From the IMG/VR virus record IMGVR_UViG_3300032236_001024, positions 1 to 64,000 of that record: a DNA stretch of 64,000 nucleotides; one strand, given 5' to 3'. Made by a program: the position numbers and the translations under genes. The notes beneath the pieces were generated by a model that was not told the DNA's origin, made no database searches, and worked only from the letters and a program-made list of their open reading frames with translations. The stretch comes from a virus. Taxonomy: Duplodnaviria > Caudoviricetes. This document shows, piece after piece, positions 18,575 through 26,407 of this stretch (positions are counted from its first letter, which is position 1; the number at the start of each line of letters is the position of its first letter).

Positions 18575-18949
18575 TTATCCTAGTATTGACTTACCATCTA
18601 ATATATCATGTAAAGAATTATCAAGAATAAACTTACCCCCACCACCAACTGATCCACCACCTCCACCACCTCCTCCACCACCTTCCATTGGAACTGTGGT
18701 AGAGGGACTTCCTGTTATTATCACAGCACCACAACCAGTAACACTTGTTATTGCAGCAACATATTGTCCTTCTGATTTTACTCTTGGCGAAGCAGTAGTA
18801 ATTGAAGTAATACCATGTGTTGGGCAACTATGAGCATCGCCCAATCTTGCAACTAGAATACCATCACATCTGAATTTAGTTCCATATGAAATGATAGTTC
18901 CGCCATGGTCGCTAGTATCACCTAATCTTGCTACTGGTTGTTGTGACAT
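18575..18949 (-). CDS. PAAR-domain spike tip protein (gp5.4-like) with a C-terminal extension
   Basis: PVARLGDTSDHGG, LVARLGDAHSCPTHG and VAAITSVTGCGAVI, followed by a poly-Gly linker. Confidence 0.88.
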   Translation of the reverse strand: MSQQPVARLGDTSDHGGTIISYGTKFRCDGILVARLGDAHSCPTHGITSITTASPRVKSEGQYVAAITSVTGCGAVIITGSPSTTVPMEGGGGGGGGGGSVGGGGKFILDNSLHDILDGKSILG

Positions 18950-18954
18950 TCAAA

Positions 18955-19578
18955 TTATTCTATTCCTAAAATTTCTTTAAATTCTTCAAGATGCTCTTTG
19001 CGATCTTCAAGACCAATAGTTCCACCATTGACTTTCTTAGTGACACGTACAATATCATCCGTATCTGCAAGTTCATTACATCCATTGTTTGCCCAGAACC
19101 ATGCAGCTGATTCTAATGCACCACCAGCTGTCTGAAGATATTCAACTGCTTCATCAAGGGGCATTTCAAGAGTTTCTGCAAGTGATTCGTAGTTATTTCG
19201 ACCAGTTAACTGAATCAAACCACGACCACAAAATCTCCATCCATCACCAGACTCAGGCGATCCATTGCCCATACGATTAGCATAAACAACATTTGCAATC
19301 TTCTCTGGTTTTCTTGCATACTCATCTGCATCTCTTCCAGCATTTTTAAAATACTTAGGGAAAATCTTATTCAATCCATCAGAAGAATAGTTCAAGTTTT
19401 CTTGCATTAATCTGAATCCACCTGACTCATGAGCGCACTGTGCAAGAAAATGTGCAAGTCTTAGTGGTGTATTGATTTCATAATACTCAGAAAGTAGATC
19501 GTAGTTATTTGCAATTGCTTCTGCAATATCCTGTCTTGCGGTTGGGCATATTTCTTTGATTTGTTCTACTGTAATCAT
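18955..19578 (-). CDS. Glycoside hydrolase family 19 endolysin
   Basis: LAHFLAQCAHESGGF, ENLNYS, GDGWRFCGRGLIQLTGRNNY and TKKVNGG. Confidence 0.92.
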   Translation of the reverse strand: MITVEQIKEICPTARQDIAEAIANNYDLLSEYYEINTPLRLAHFLAQCAHESGGFRLMQENLNYSSDGLNKIFPKYFKNAGRDADEYARKPEKIANVVYANRMGNGSPESGDGWRFCGRGLIQLTGRNNYESLAETLEMPLDEAVEYLQTAGGALESAAWFWANNGCNELADTDDIVRVTKKVNGGTIGLEDRKEHLEEFKEILGIE

Positions 19579-19589
19579 TGTTTACCTCT

Positions 19590-21197
19590 TTATATTGTAT
19601 CGTTATACATTATGAATGCTATTTCTGTTGTGGGTGGTTCATAATCAAATGATGTTCCAATAGTTGCATTTAGGTCAGTTCCATTTATAGTATTAGCTAA
19701 AGATGGAGCATGATTATGTCTTGTAGTATTTGTTGAATCTGAGATAGCATCATAAAAAGAAGAATGACTTCCCATATCCACTTTTCCACCTGCACCAAGT
19801 ACTGGTACAGGAGAACCAAGTTTTGCATGACCATGTTGCCAATTTATAGTTTCTACATCAATATTTGTTATAGTTATTTTACTTGAAGAATTTTCAAAAA
19901 CACCATTTGTTACATCATCTTGAGTAAAATTTAAAAATGGATATCTTCCTCTTAAATCTGGAGTTCCATTTTGTCCATCACAAAAATACCATCCTTTAGG
20001 AAGAGTATTTTTTCCAGAACTATTTGGTCCAGTAAATCCAGAATATTTACCAATGCTATAACCAATTATCAATCCATTAACAATTGGTGAGTATGGATTA
20101 GTTGATAAAAATGCTTTTAATCTATTTGATTTCAATTGCATATTATATGTATATGTGACATTATGTGTATGTGAAATTGTATCTGGACCAATTGGTGATC
20201 TAATATTAGACAATAATTTTGTTGCGCCCATTGATTCGGGGATAACATCAAATTTCCTATCCGCAATACTAGAAGCATATTTTACAACATTATCATTTTT
20301 GTGATCATGATAACCAGAATACTCTGAATAAATTTGAAAATTTATATTATTCGCAAATTTATTTTTTATATTCATAGCGCCAATATTATTTGGTTCTAGA
20401 TTAGATTTAGTTTGTGAAAAAGTTATTGGCAAAGCATAACCATTGGCAGATTGATCAAAATATGAATTTGCGGTTATATCGTATGGACTATAATACCCAG
20501 AAGGTAGAGTACTATTGCCATAATACATAACAATTATATCTTTTGGAATATATGTAATAATTTTCATACTCAATTTTGGGTCTTTCATAATAGGATCGAC
20601 AAAAAAACTTCCAAATGATTGAGATATATAACTTTCATTAGATTGTTTTAAATAATTTGAACTTCCAGGATTTATATCAATTAAATTTTTATACAAATTT
20701 TTAACTGTGTGAGTATGTCCCTCATGAGGGTAATTATAAGAATTTATAGAAAAAGTTGCAGGCTTAGTTTTATAATCTACTTTATAATCATTCATAAGAG
20801 GAGGAATCATATTTCTTCCTACCAAATTATAACTATGCGCTCCACCAGTAAATAATAAAGTTGATTGATTTGCAGACATATTTGTATTTGCATCATATCG
20901 CAAATCACATAAAGAGGGCCAATTATTAGCATCAGATACACATCTGACAACATAATTTATATTTTGTAGTGTTTTTTTGTTAGGAGAATAATAACTAGAT
21001 ATATCTGGAGCAGATGCTGCCCCAAGCTGATATTGACTAAAAACTTTTGGGTTGGCAGTCGTTACACTCGTTGAAGATGGATCAACTCCATGAGTAGCAA
21101 GATTTGATCCATTCCAATCACTAATTCTATGCCAAAACAAAATAGAATAATCTGGCAATGAATTCATTGGTTTTGCAGGTGGTGGTGATACAGCCAT
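19590..21197 (-). CDS. Tail-collar-containing fibre protein (gp12-like)
   Basis: LPKGWYFCDGQNGTPDLRGRY tail-collar motif and HxH metal-binding repeats (GAHSY, GHTHT, SHTHN, QHGHA). Confidence 0.75.
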   Translation of the reverse strand: MAVSPPPAKPMNSLPDYSILFWHRISDWNGSNLATHGVDPSSTSVTTANPKVFSQYQLGAASAPDISSYYSPNKKTLQNINYVVRCVSDANNWPSLCDLRYDANTNMSANQSTLLFTGGAHSYNLVGRNMIPPLMNDYKVDYKTKPATFSINSYNYPHEGHTHTVKNLYKNLIDINPGSSNYLKQSNESYISQSFGSFFVDPIMKDPKLSMKIITYIPKDIIVMYYGNSTLPSGYYSPYDITANSYFDQSANGYALPITFSQTKSNLEPNNIGAMNIKNKFANNINFQIYSEYSGYHDHKNDNVVKYASSIADRKFDVIPESMGATKLLSNIRSPIGPDTISHTHNVTYTYNMQLKSNRLKAFLSTNPYSPIVNGLIIGYSIGKYSGFTGPNSSGKNTLPKGWYFCDGQNGTPDLRGRYPFLNFTQDDVTNGVFENSSSKITITNIDVETINWQHGHAKLGSPVPVLGAGGKVDMGSHSSFYDAISDSTNTTRHNHAPSLANTINGTDLNATIGTSFDYEPPTTEIAFIMYNDTI

Positions 21198-21213
21198 TTT
21201 TTAATCTTTCAAT

Positions 21214-22260
21214 TTATGATGTAGGGAATCCACTAGCGCCCATAGTTCCAAGCCATGTTGTACCAGCATTATAAGTGTAAATGATGACACTATCAGTATA
21301 TCCGTCTTCTGTTGAAAGTAGTGGACCATTATTTGGATCAATTCCATTTGACCAATATAAATTTGGATTTAGAGACCAATCTAATGTCAACCCACCACCA
21401 TTTGATTGTTTAAAGAATATCGTCATAGTATAAAGTGTGCCATTAACTAAATTTGACTCATCTAAAATTATATTTGTTATAGGTGAATCTAATGTAATAA
21501 CATTAATATTTGATAACGATGGATTGAGTGTTATTGATGATGTTACAACATATGTTGATGTATACTCGCCAAATCCTCTAAATGTAGGATTTTTAATTAT
21601 ATTTGAGTTGAAATTGACAACAGATATTCCAACATTTGAAGTCACAACATCATTTGGTTCAAACATCAATGCATCTCTTGTGTCATTTACTCTGACATAT
21701 CTTCCACCATAATCATTATACACGGGATATTTTTCAAATGTATCTGGATTTAGAACATCAGAAAGACTCAAGAATGAAATAGGTCCGATAGTTCCAACCG
21801 AACCAGTATATCCAACTGATCCGAAATAACCTCCAGACCCCTGATAACCTACTGGACCTCGATTTCCATCTGCACCAGTATTTCCATCTAAACCTTGAGA
21901 ACCCATATAACCATTTGCACCAGCAAGTCCATCCGCACCAGCTGATCCCTGATAACCAACATCTCCTTGAATTCCATCTGCACCAACTGATCCAGTATAA
22001 CCAATTAATCCTTGATCACCAATCGATCCTTTATAACCAGCTTCTCCAGCAGGTCCAGTATCACCTTGTGAACCTTTATATCCTTCAGAACCTCTATAAC
22101 CAGTTACTCCTAAAGAACCTCTATAACCAGTTAATGCAAGTTCTGGTGCATATATCCATCTGGTTCCAGTGGATGTTAGAACTAATACCGAATTAGCTGC
22201 AGCTGTTGTGCCGTCTGGCTGTGTACTATCAATTTGTGAGACGAAAATTTTGGTTGCCAT
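21214..22260 (-). CDS. Short collagen-like fibre protein with a C-terminal beta domain
   Basis: GYRGS/GYQGS repeats at about aa 45-160; C-terminal FFKQSNGGG...DW...W...TYNAGTTWLG fibre-type domain. Confidence 0.7.
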   Translation of the reverse strand: MATKIFVSQIDSTQPDGTTAAANSVLVLTSTGTRWIYAPELALTGYRGSLGVTGYRGSEGYKGSQGDTGPAGEAGYKGSIGDQGLIGYTGSVGADGIQGDVGYQGSAGADGLAGANGYMGSQGLDGNTGADGNRGPVGYQGSGGYFGSVGYTGSVGTIGPISFLSLSDVLNPDTFEKYPVYNDYGGRYVRVNDTRDALMFEPNDVVTSNVGISVVNFNSNIIKNPTFRGFGEYTSTYVVTSSITLNPSLSNINVITLDSPITNIILDESNLVNGTLYTMTIFFKQSNGGGLTLDWSLNPNLYWSNGIDPNNGPLLSTEDGYTDSVIIYTYNAGTTWLGTMGASGFPTS

Positions 22261-22292
22261 GGAAATTCCTCAGAAAAACATTTGTTTCATTG

Positions 22293-22300
22293 TATTTATA
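22293..22300 (-). promoter_or_regulatory. T4-type late promoter TATAAATA
   Basis: Exact consensus at the head of the minus-strand fibre operon. Confidence 0.85.
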
Positions 22301-22524
22301 TTTCCCGTGAAGGATAAGAAAACTAAATAAGGGTGATCATATATTTGATCGTCAAAAGGTATAGGCGTTGATGGTAAATTGTTTATTTAATATTGCCCCC
22401 TCACAAAAAGAGAAAAACTTCTCTTTGCTTGCCTTCGAATCTATCTCACAAAAATTAAATCAATCAGAAGTAATGACTTTTCGTTCAGAAAGGCAATACT
22501 CCCATAATTAGTAAAGAGGTACAC

Positions 22525-23325
22525 ATGGATAGACTTTCTCGTGCAGAAAAAAGAATGAACAGAAAACAAAAGAGAAATGAAGAAAAAACAGTAATATCCA
22601 ATGGACTAAAAATAAAAAGTGTAAAACCAAAGACAGATAACCAAGAATTGGTCTTTAAAGACTTCACAAATGGGAAAAATTTACTTATACATGGACTACC
22701 AGGCACGGGAAAATCATTTATTTCATTATATCTAGCACTATCAGAGATAGAAAATTTCAGAAATTATCACAAAGTTGTTATTATTAGGTCAGTCGTCCCA
22801 TCCAGAGATATGGGATTCTTACCAGGAAATATTAAAGAAAAATCAAAAGTTTACGAGCAACCATACCAAGAAATCTGTAGAGAACTGTATGGACGAGGCG
22901 ATGCCTACGATATCCTAAAGAATAAGGGAATGATTGAATTCCAAACATCTTCTTTCTTGAGGGGGTTGACATTGGATCATTCTATCATTATAGTAGACGA
23001 ATGCCAAAATATGACATACTCAGAACTTTCTACAATCATCACCAGAACAGGTCAAAATTCCAAGATTATCTTCTGTGGTGACTACCGACAAACCGATTTG
23101 AAACATGATGATGAAAAGCAAGGCGTATTTTATTTCATGAAAATTCTTAAGAATATGCACAAATACTTCAGTTGCATCGAATTTATGGAAGAAGATATTG
23201 TTCGCTCTGGTCTAGTAAAAGATTTCATTATTACAAAAAGCAAATTTGACAGAAACCTTTATAACATGGTGCAAATGCATGTGGAAACCGAATTCAGAAA
23301 AGAACAAAACCTTTCAACACACTAA
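22525..23325 (+). CDS. phoH: PhoH-like ATPase
   Basis: GLPGTGKSF Walker A, RSVVPSRDMGFLPG, FLRGLTLD, IIVDECQN, GDYRQTD and IVRSGLV. Confidence 0.95.
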   Translation: MDRLSRAEKRMNRKQKRNEEKTVISNGLKIKSVKPKTDNQELVFKDFTNGKNLLIHGLPGTGKSFISLYLALSEIENFRNYHKVVIIRSVVPSRDMGFLPGNIKEKSKVYEQPYQEICRELYGRGDAYDILKNKGMIEFQTSSFLRGLTLDHSIIIVDECQNMTYSELSTIITRTGQNSKIIFCGDYRQTDLKHDDEKQGVFYFMKILKNMHKYFSCIEFMEEDIVRSGLVKDFIITKSKFDRNLYNMVQMHVETEFRKEQNLSTH

Positions 23326-23974
23326 CAAAATAATTGTTGAGAAGGTAGAACAAATCAACACAGACTCCGGTAGGTTTTATCAAACTCCTACCGGAAATCG
23401 TTACCCATCTGTCACAACTGTTGTTGGATTGATGAACAGAGATGCTATCATGGAATGGCGTAGGCGTGTTGGTGCAGAGGAAGCAAACAAGATTTCTTCC
23501 AAAGCTGCTTCTCGTGGTACTCGTGTCCACAAGATTTGTGAAGAATATATCAACAACGAAGATGTATTTAATAAGAAGTACAGCATCATTGACCTAGAAA
23601 GTTTCTCTAGGTTGAGGAAAGTTATTGATGAGAAGATTGACAATGTGCATCTTCAAGAGGTAAAACTATATTCTGACTATCTCAAGATGGCTGGAACAGT
23701 TGACTGTGTTGCTGAATATGAAGGAAAGTTGTCCATCATTGATTTCAAGACAGCGATGAAGCCAAAAGAAAAGAGTTACATCACTAATTACTTCTGTCAA
23801 GCATCTGCTTATGCTATCATGTATGAAGAGAGAACTGGTATTCCTGTTGGGCAGATTGTAGTAATGATTTCTGTTGATGATGAGGAACCACAAATCTTTG
23901 TAGAAAAACGGGATGACTATGTGGACAAGTTGATGGAAGTAAGAAAGCAATATACCGATAAGTATGGCGTTTAA
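23246..23974 (+). CDS. PD-(D/E)XK exonuclease (real start may be downstream)
   Basis: RYPSVTTVVG, RGTRVH, AGTVDCVAEYEGKLSIIDFKT and QASAYA. Confidence 0.88.
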   Translation: MTETFITWCKCMWKPNSEKNKTFQHTNKIIVEKVEQINTDSGRFYQTPTGNRYPSVTTVVGLMNRDAIMEWRRRVGAEEANKISSKAASRGTRVHKICEEYINNEDVFNKKYSIIDLESFSRLRKVIDEKIDNVHLQEVKLYSDYLKMAGTVDCVAEYEGKLSIIDFKTAMKPKEKSYITNYFCQASAYAIMYEERTGIPVGQIVVMISVDDEEPQIFVEKRDDYVDKLMEVRKQYTDKYGV

Positions 23975-23979
23975 TCTAC

Positions 23980-24010
23980 TTGACATATATTAAACCTCGT
24001 GTTATAAATA
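23980..24010 (+). promoter_or_regulatory. Composite sigma70 (TTGACA-N17-TATAAA, with TGn) and T4 late (TATAAATA) promoter for the tmRNA
   Basis: TTGACA at 23980-23985, a 17-nt spacer, and TATAAATA at 24003-24010. Confidence 0.8.
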
Positions 24011-24016
24011 TGATAC

Positions 24017-24305
24017 TTGGTTGTTGAGGCGCACGGAATAGACAATTCGGACTGGGGGGCAGTACCCCACGCCTCCACCATAAGTACACTGGGGACTTTT
24101 GCTCGCTTTAGAGGATTGGTTCTTATTCCGCAAAGTGAGTGTAACAGTGTACTTTTGATGGGGGCGAAATAGGCTCGACGGGTTGTAGTAAAGGTACGAA
24201 GAGACTAAGTAAACTCGTAAATGCAAACGACAACAATGCATATGATGTGGCTCTAGCAGCCTAATCGGAGTTCGAGGAACACTTGGCAACAGAAGTTCCT
24301 CACCT
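24017..24305 (+). ncRNA. ssrA: Circularly permuted (two-piece) tmRNA
   Basis: The acceptor piece has T-stem TGGGG/CCCCA, loop GGCAGTA, and CGCCTCC-ACCA ending at 24080. The coding piece starts GGGGGCG at 24160, giving a 7-bp acceptor stem with G3.U70. The tag frame at 24223-24264 encodes ANDNNAYDVALAA*. The outer ends are approximate. Confidence 0.93.
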
Positions 24306-24310
24306 TTTTT
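24274..24310 (+). terminator. Hairpin at the tmRNA 3' end; probable terminator
   Basis: GAGGAAC/GTTCCTC stem with an inner TG-GCAA-CA, followed by ACC and a T6 run. Confidence 0.6.
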
Positions 24311-24325
24311 AAAGCAGGATTAATC

Positions 24326-24559
24326 ATGAAAATTATTAATATTAAGACACCATCTGATTTTGTTATTGAAATTGAGATGATTGTGAAGGATAAAAGTTGT
24401 GAATATATTGATGCTGTTATGTTGTATTGTGAAAAACATAACATAGAAGTAGAAACTGCAGCAGACCTAATCAAACATAATTCAGTACTCAAAGCAAAGC
24501 TTCAATATGAAGCAGAATCATTGAATATGATGAGGAAAACTAACAGACTTCCAATCTAA
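24326..24559 (+). CDS. gp33: Late promoter transcription coactivator
   Basis: FVIEIEMIVKDKSCEYIDAVMLYCEKHNIEVE...LKAKLQYEA..LN...LPI. Confidence 0.9.
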   Translation: MKIINIKTPSDFVIEIEMIVKDKSCEYIDAVMLYCEKHNIEVETAADLIKHNSVLKAKLQYEAESLNMMRKTNRLPI

Positions 24560-24569
24560 GGAGTTTATC

Positions 24570-24839
24570 ATGGGATTTAGAAGTACAACAAAAACAGCCT
24601 ATATCGAAACTGAAGTTGATGTTGATCTGGATGACTTTGATATTGATGATATCATTGAATATGTCGAGGAAAAAGGTTATACTGTTCTTGAAGGAAAGTC
24701 AGCTACGAATATGGATGATTTGGATAGTCGTATTTGGAAACTCTATCAGTCATGGAAACTTGATGGGGATGAGCGTCTTAGCTTTTGGAACGAGTGTCAT
24801 TCTTTCTTCTCAGATTACTATAATAAAGTAAGTTCATGA
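24570..24839 (+). CDS. Hypothetical acidic protein
   Basis: 89-aa ORF with an AGGAG RBS, overlapping the gp59 start (ATGA). Confidence 0.7.
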   Translation: MGFRSTTKTAYIETEVDVDLDDFDIDDIIEYVEEKGYTVLEGKSATNMDDLDSRIWKLYQSWKLDGDERLSFWNECHSFFSDYYNKVSS

Positions 24840-25408
24840 CACCTTTTGAAGCGTACAAACAGTATCTTGCTATCAAACAACATTTCACTCTTCCATCTTA
24901 TGATTACTTCAAGTATAATGGTAAGGTAAGAGCAAACGAATCATCATTTGAAAGTCGCAAGGACAAGTATATGTTCTACAAACTTTCAAAGAAGGAAGAA
25001 TTGCACGAGTTTCTTGTGGCAAATCTTTCAGAACATCCAAACATTTGGGTAGGCGATCTAGTCTCAGACGAGTGTGACCTTACCTATAAAAAGTTTCTAC
25101 TGCGAAAAGAATCATTGACATATCTCTTTAAGAATGATATAGATCAACTTCTTGAAGACTTTGATTCTAACTTCAAGGTAGAAGATGGGGAATACCCCCA
25201 TTTACTAAAGCTTCTTATTCGACAGAAGATCAACAAAGAAACATTTATTATTATTAATGATTGTGTGAGTTTCTTTGCTTCTTGGAATAAGAAGATTCTT
25301 GATCCAGTTCTTTGGCCTACCATAGCTATGAACTGTAGTAAACTACGTCCTTTTCTAAATATAGAAAATGATAAATACTGTGTAATCTTGAGAAATAAGT
25401 TTTCTTGA
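24836..25408 (+). CDS. gp59: Helicase loader
   Basis: MTPFEAYKQYLAIKQHFTLPSYDYFKYNGK, FESRKDKYMF and INKETF. Confidence 0.92.
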   Translation: MTPFEAYKQYLAIKQHFTLPSYDYFKYNGKVRANESSFESRKDKYMFYKLSKKEELHEFLVANLSEHPNIWVGDLVSDECDLTYKKFLLRKESLTYLFKNDIDQLLEDFDSNFKVEDGEYPHLLKLLIRQKINKETFIIINDCVSFFASWNKKILDPVLWPTIAMNCSKLRPFLNIENDKYCVILRNKFS

Positions 25409-25462
25409 TTACATATACATCGTCTAAACAATCGTAAACACATCGTACATACGGAGATAAAC
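25409..25462 (+). promoter_or_regulatory. Repetitive unstructured leader; candidate gp32 autogenous translational operator
   Basis: Three ATCGT-(C/T)-A(A/C)A units precede the GGAG RBS of gp32. Confidence 0.5.
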
Positions 25463-26407
25463 ATGTCTACATTTGAAGCACTTAAGAGCAACCGCAAGTC
25501 TCAGTTTGATAAGCTTAACAGCGAGATTGCCAAGCTAAATTCCCCCCAAAGCAATAACGAAGATGATCGTTTCTGGAAGCCTGATATTGATAAGGCTGGA
25601 AATGGTTATGCTGTCATTCGTTTCCTTCCTGCACCTTCTGGTGAGGATGTTCCTTTCACTCGTATCTGGGATCATGGATTTCAGGGACCGGGAGGATGGT
25701 ATATTGAGAAGTCTTTGACTACTTTTGGTCCCGGCACCGCTGATCCTTGCACTGAGTATAACTCACAGCTTTGGAATTCTGGTATTGAGTCTAACAAGGA
25801 AATCGTTCGTAAGCAGAAGCGTCGTTTGAGCTATTACTCTAACATTTATGTCGTTTCTGATCCTAACCGTCCTCAGAACGAAGGCAAGGTCTTCCTCTAC
25901 AAGTATGGTAAGAAGATTTTTGAGAAGCTTAATGAAGCTATGCATCCTGCATTTGATGAACAGGGTCGTAGTCCTGAACATCCTCAGTATGATCCTTCCA
26001 ATGCATTCAATCCTTTTGATCTTTGGGAAGGTGCAAACCTCAAGCTTAAGATTCGTAAGGTTGATGGTTATCCAAACTATGATAAGTCAGAGTTTGATCG
26101 TACTGGACCTCTTGTTAGGGATGATGAACAGCTTGAGAAAATTTGGAAGTCTGAGTATTCACTCACTGAACTTCTTGATCCCAAGAACTTCAAGTCTTAT
26201 GATGAGTTGAAAAAGCGTTTGGAAAAGGCTCTTGGTCTTACTGTCGAAACCAACAAGAAGGCTACACCTCATAGCGATGATCAGGATTATGCTACATCGC
26301 CTAAGATGGCTGCTATGAAGGAAGCACCAAAGGCTTCTACTCCTTGGGATTCTGCAGAGGAAGACGATGAAGACCTGAGTTTCTTCAAGAAGCTTGCTAA
26401 GGACTAA
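25463..26407 (+). CDS. gp32: Single-stranded DNA-binding protein
   Basis: DDRFWKP, GNGYAVIRFLP, GPGGWYIEKSL, GKVFLYKYGKKIF and an acidic C-terminal tail. Confidence 0.97.
   Translation: MSTFEALKSNRKSQFDKLNSEIAKLNSPQSNNEDDRFWKPDIDKAGNGYAVIRFLPAPSGEDVPFTRIWDHGFQGPGGWYIEKSLTTFGPGTADPCTEYNSQLWNSGIESNKEIVRKQKRRLSYYSNIYVVSDPNRPQNEGKVFLYKYGKKIFEKLNEAMHPAFDEQGRSPEHPQYDPSNAFNPFDLWEGANLKLKIRKVDGYPNYDKSEFDRTGPLVRDDEQLEKIWKSEYSLTELLDPKNFKSYDELKKRLEKALGLTVETNKKATPHSDDQDYATSPKMAAMKEAPKASTPWDSAEEDDEDLSFFKKLAKD

Noticed and set aside
23246-23974. Cas4 / CRISPR association of the exonuclease
   Set aside because: There is no Fe-S Cys cluster and no array. It fits the usual T4-like PD-(D/E)XK exonuclease next to phoH.
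24050-24080. Stand-alone tRNA
   Set aside because: Only a T-arm and 3' acceptor strand are present. The 5' strand lies downstream, which is explained by the permuted tmRNA.
24002-24492. Minus-strand ORFs 24002-24289 and 24253-24492
   Set aside because: They are antisense to the tmRNA and gp33, with no RBS or recognisable motifs.
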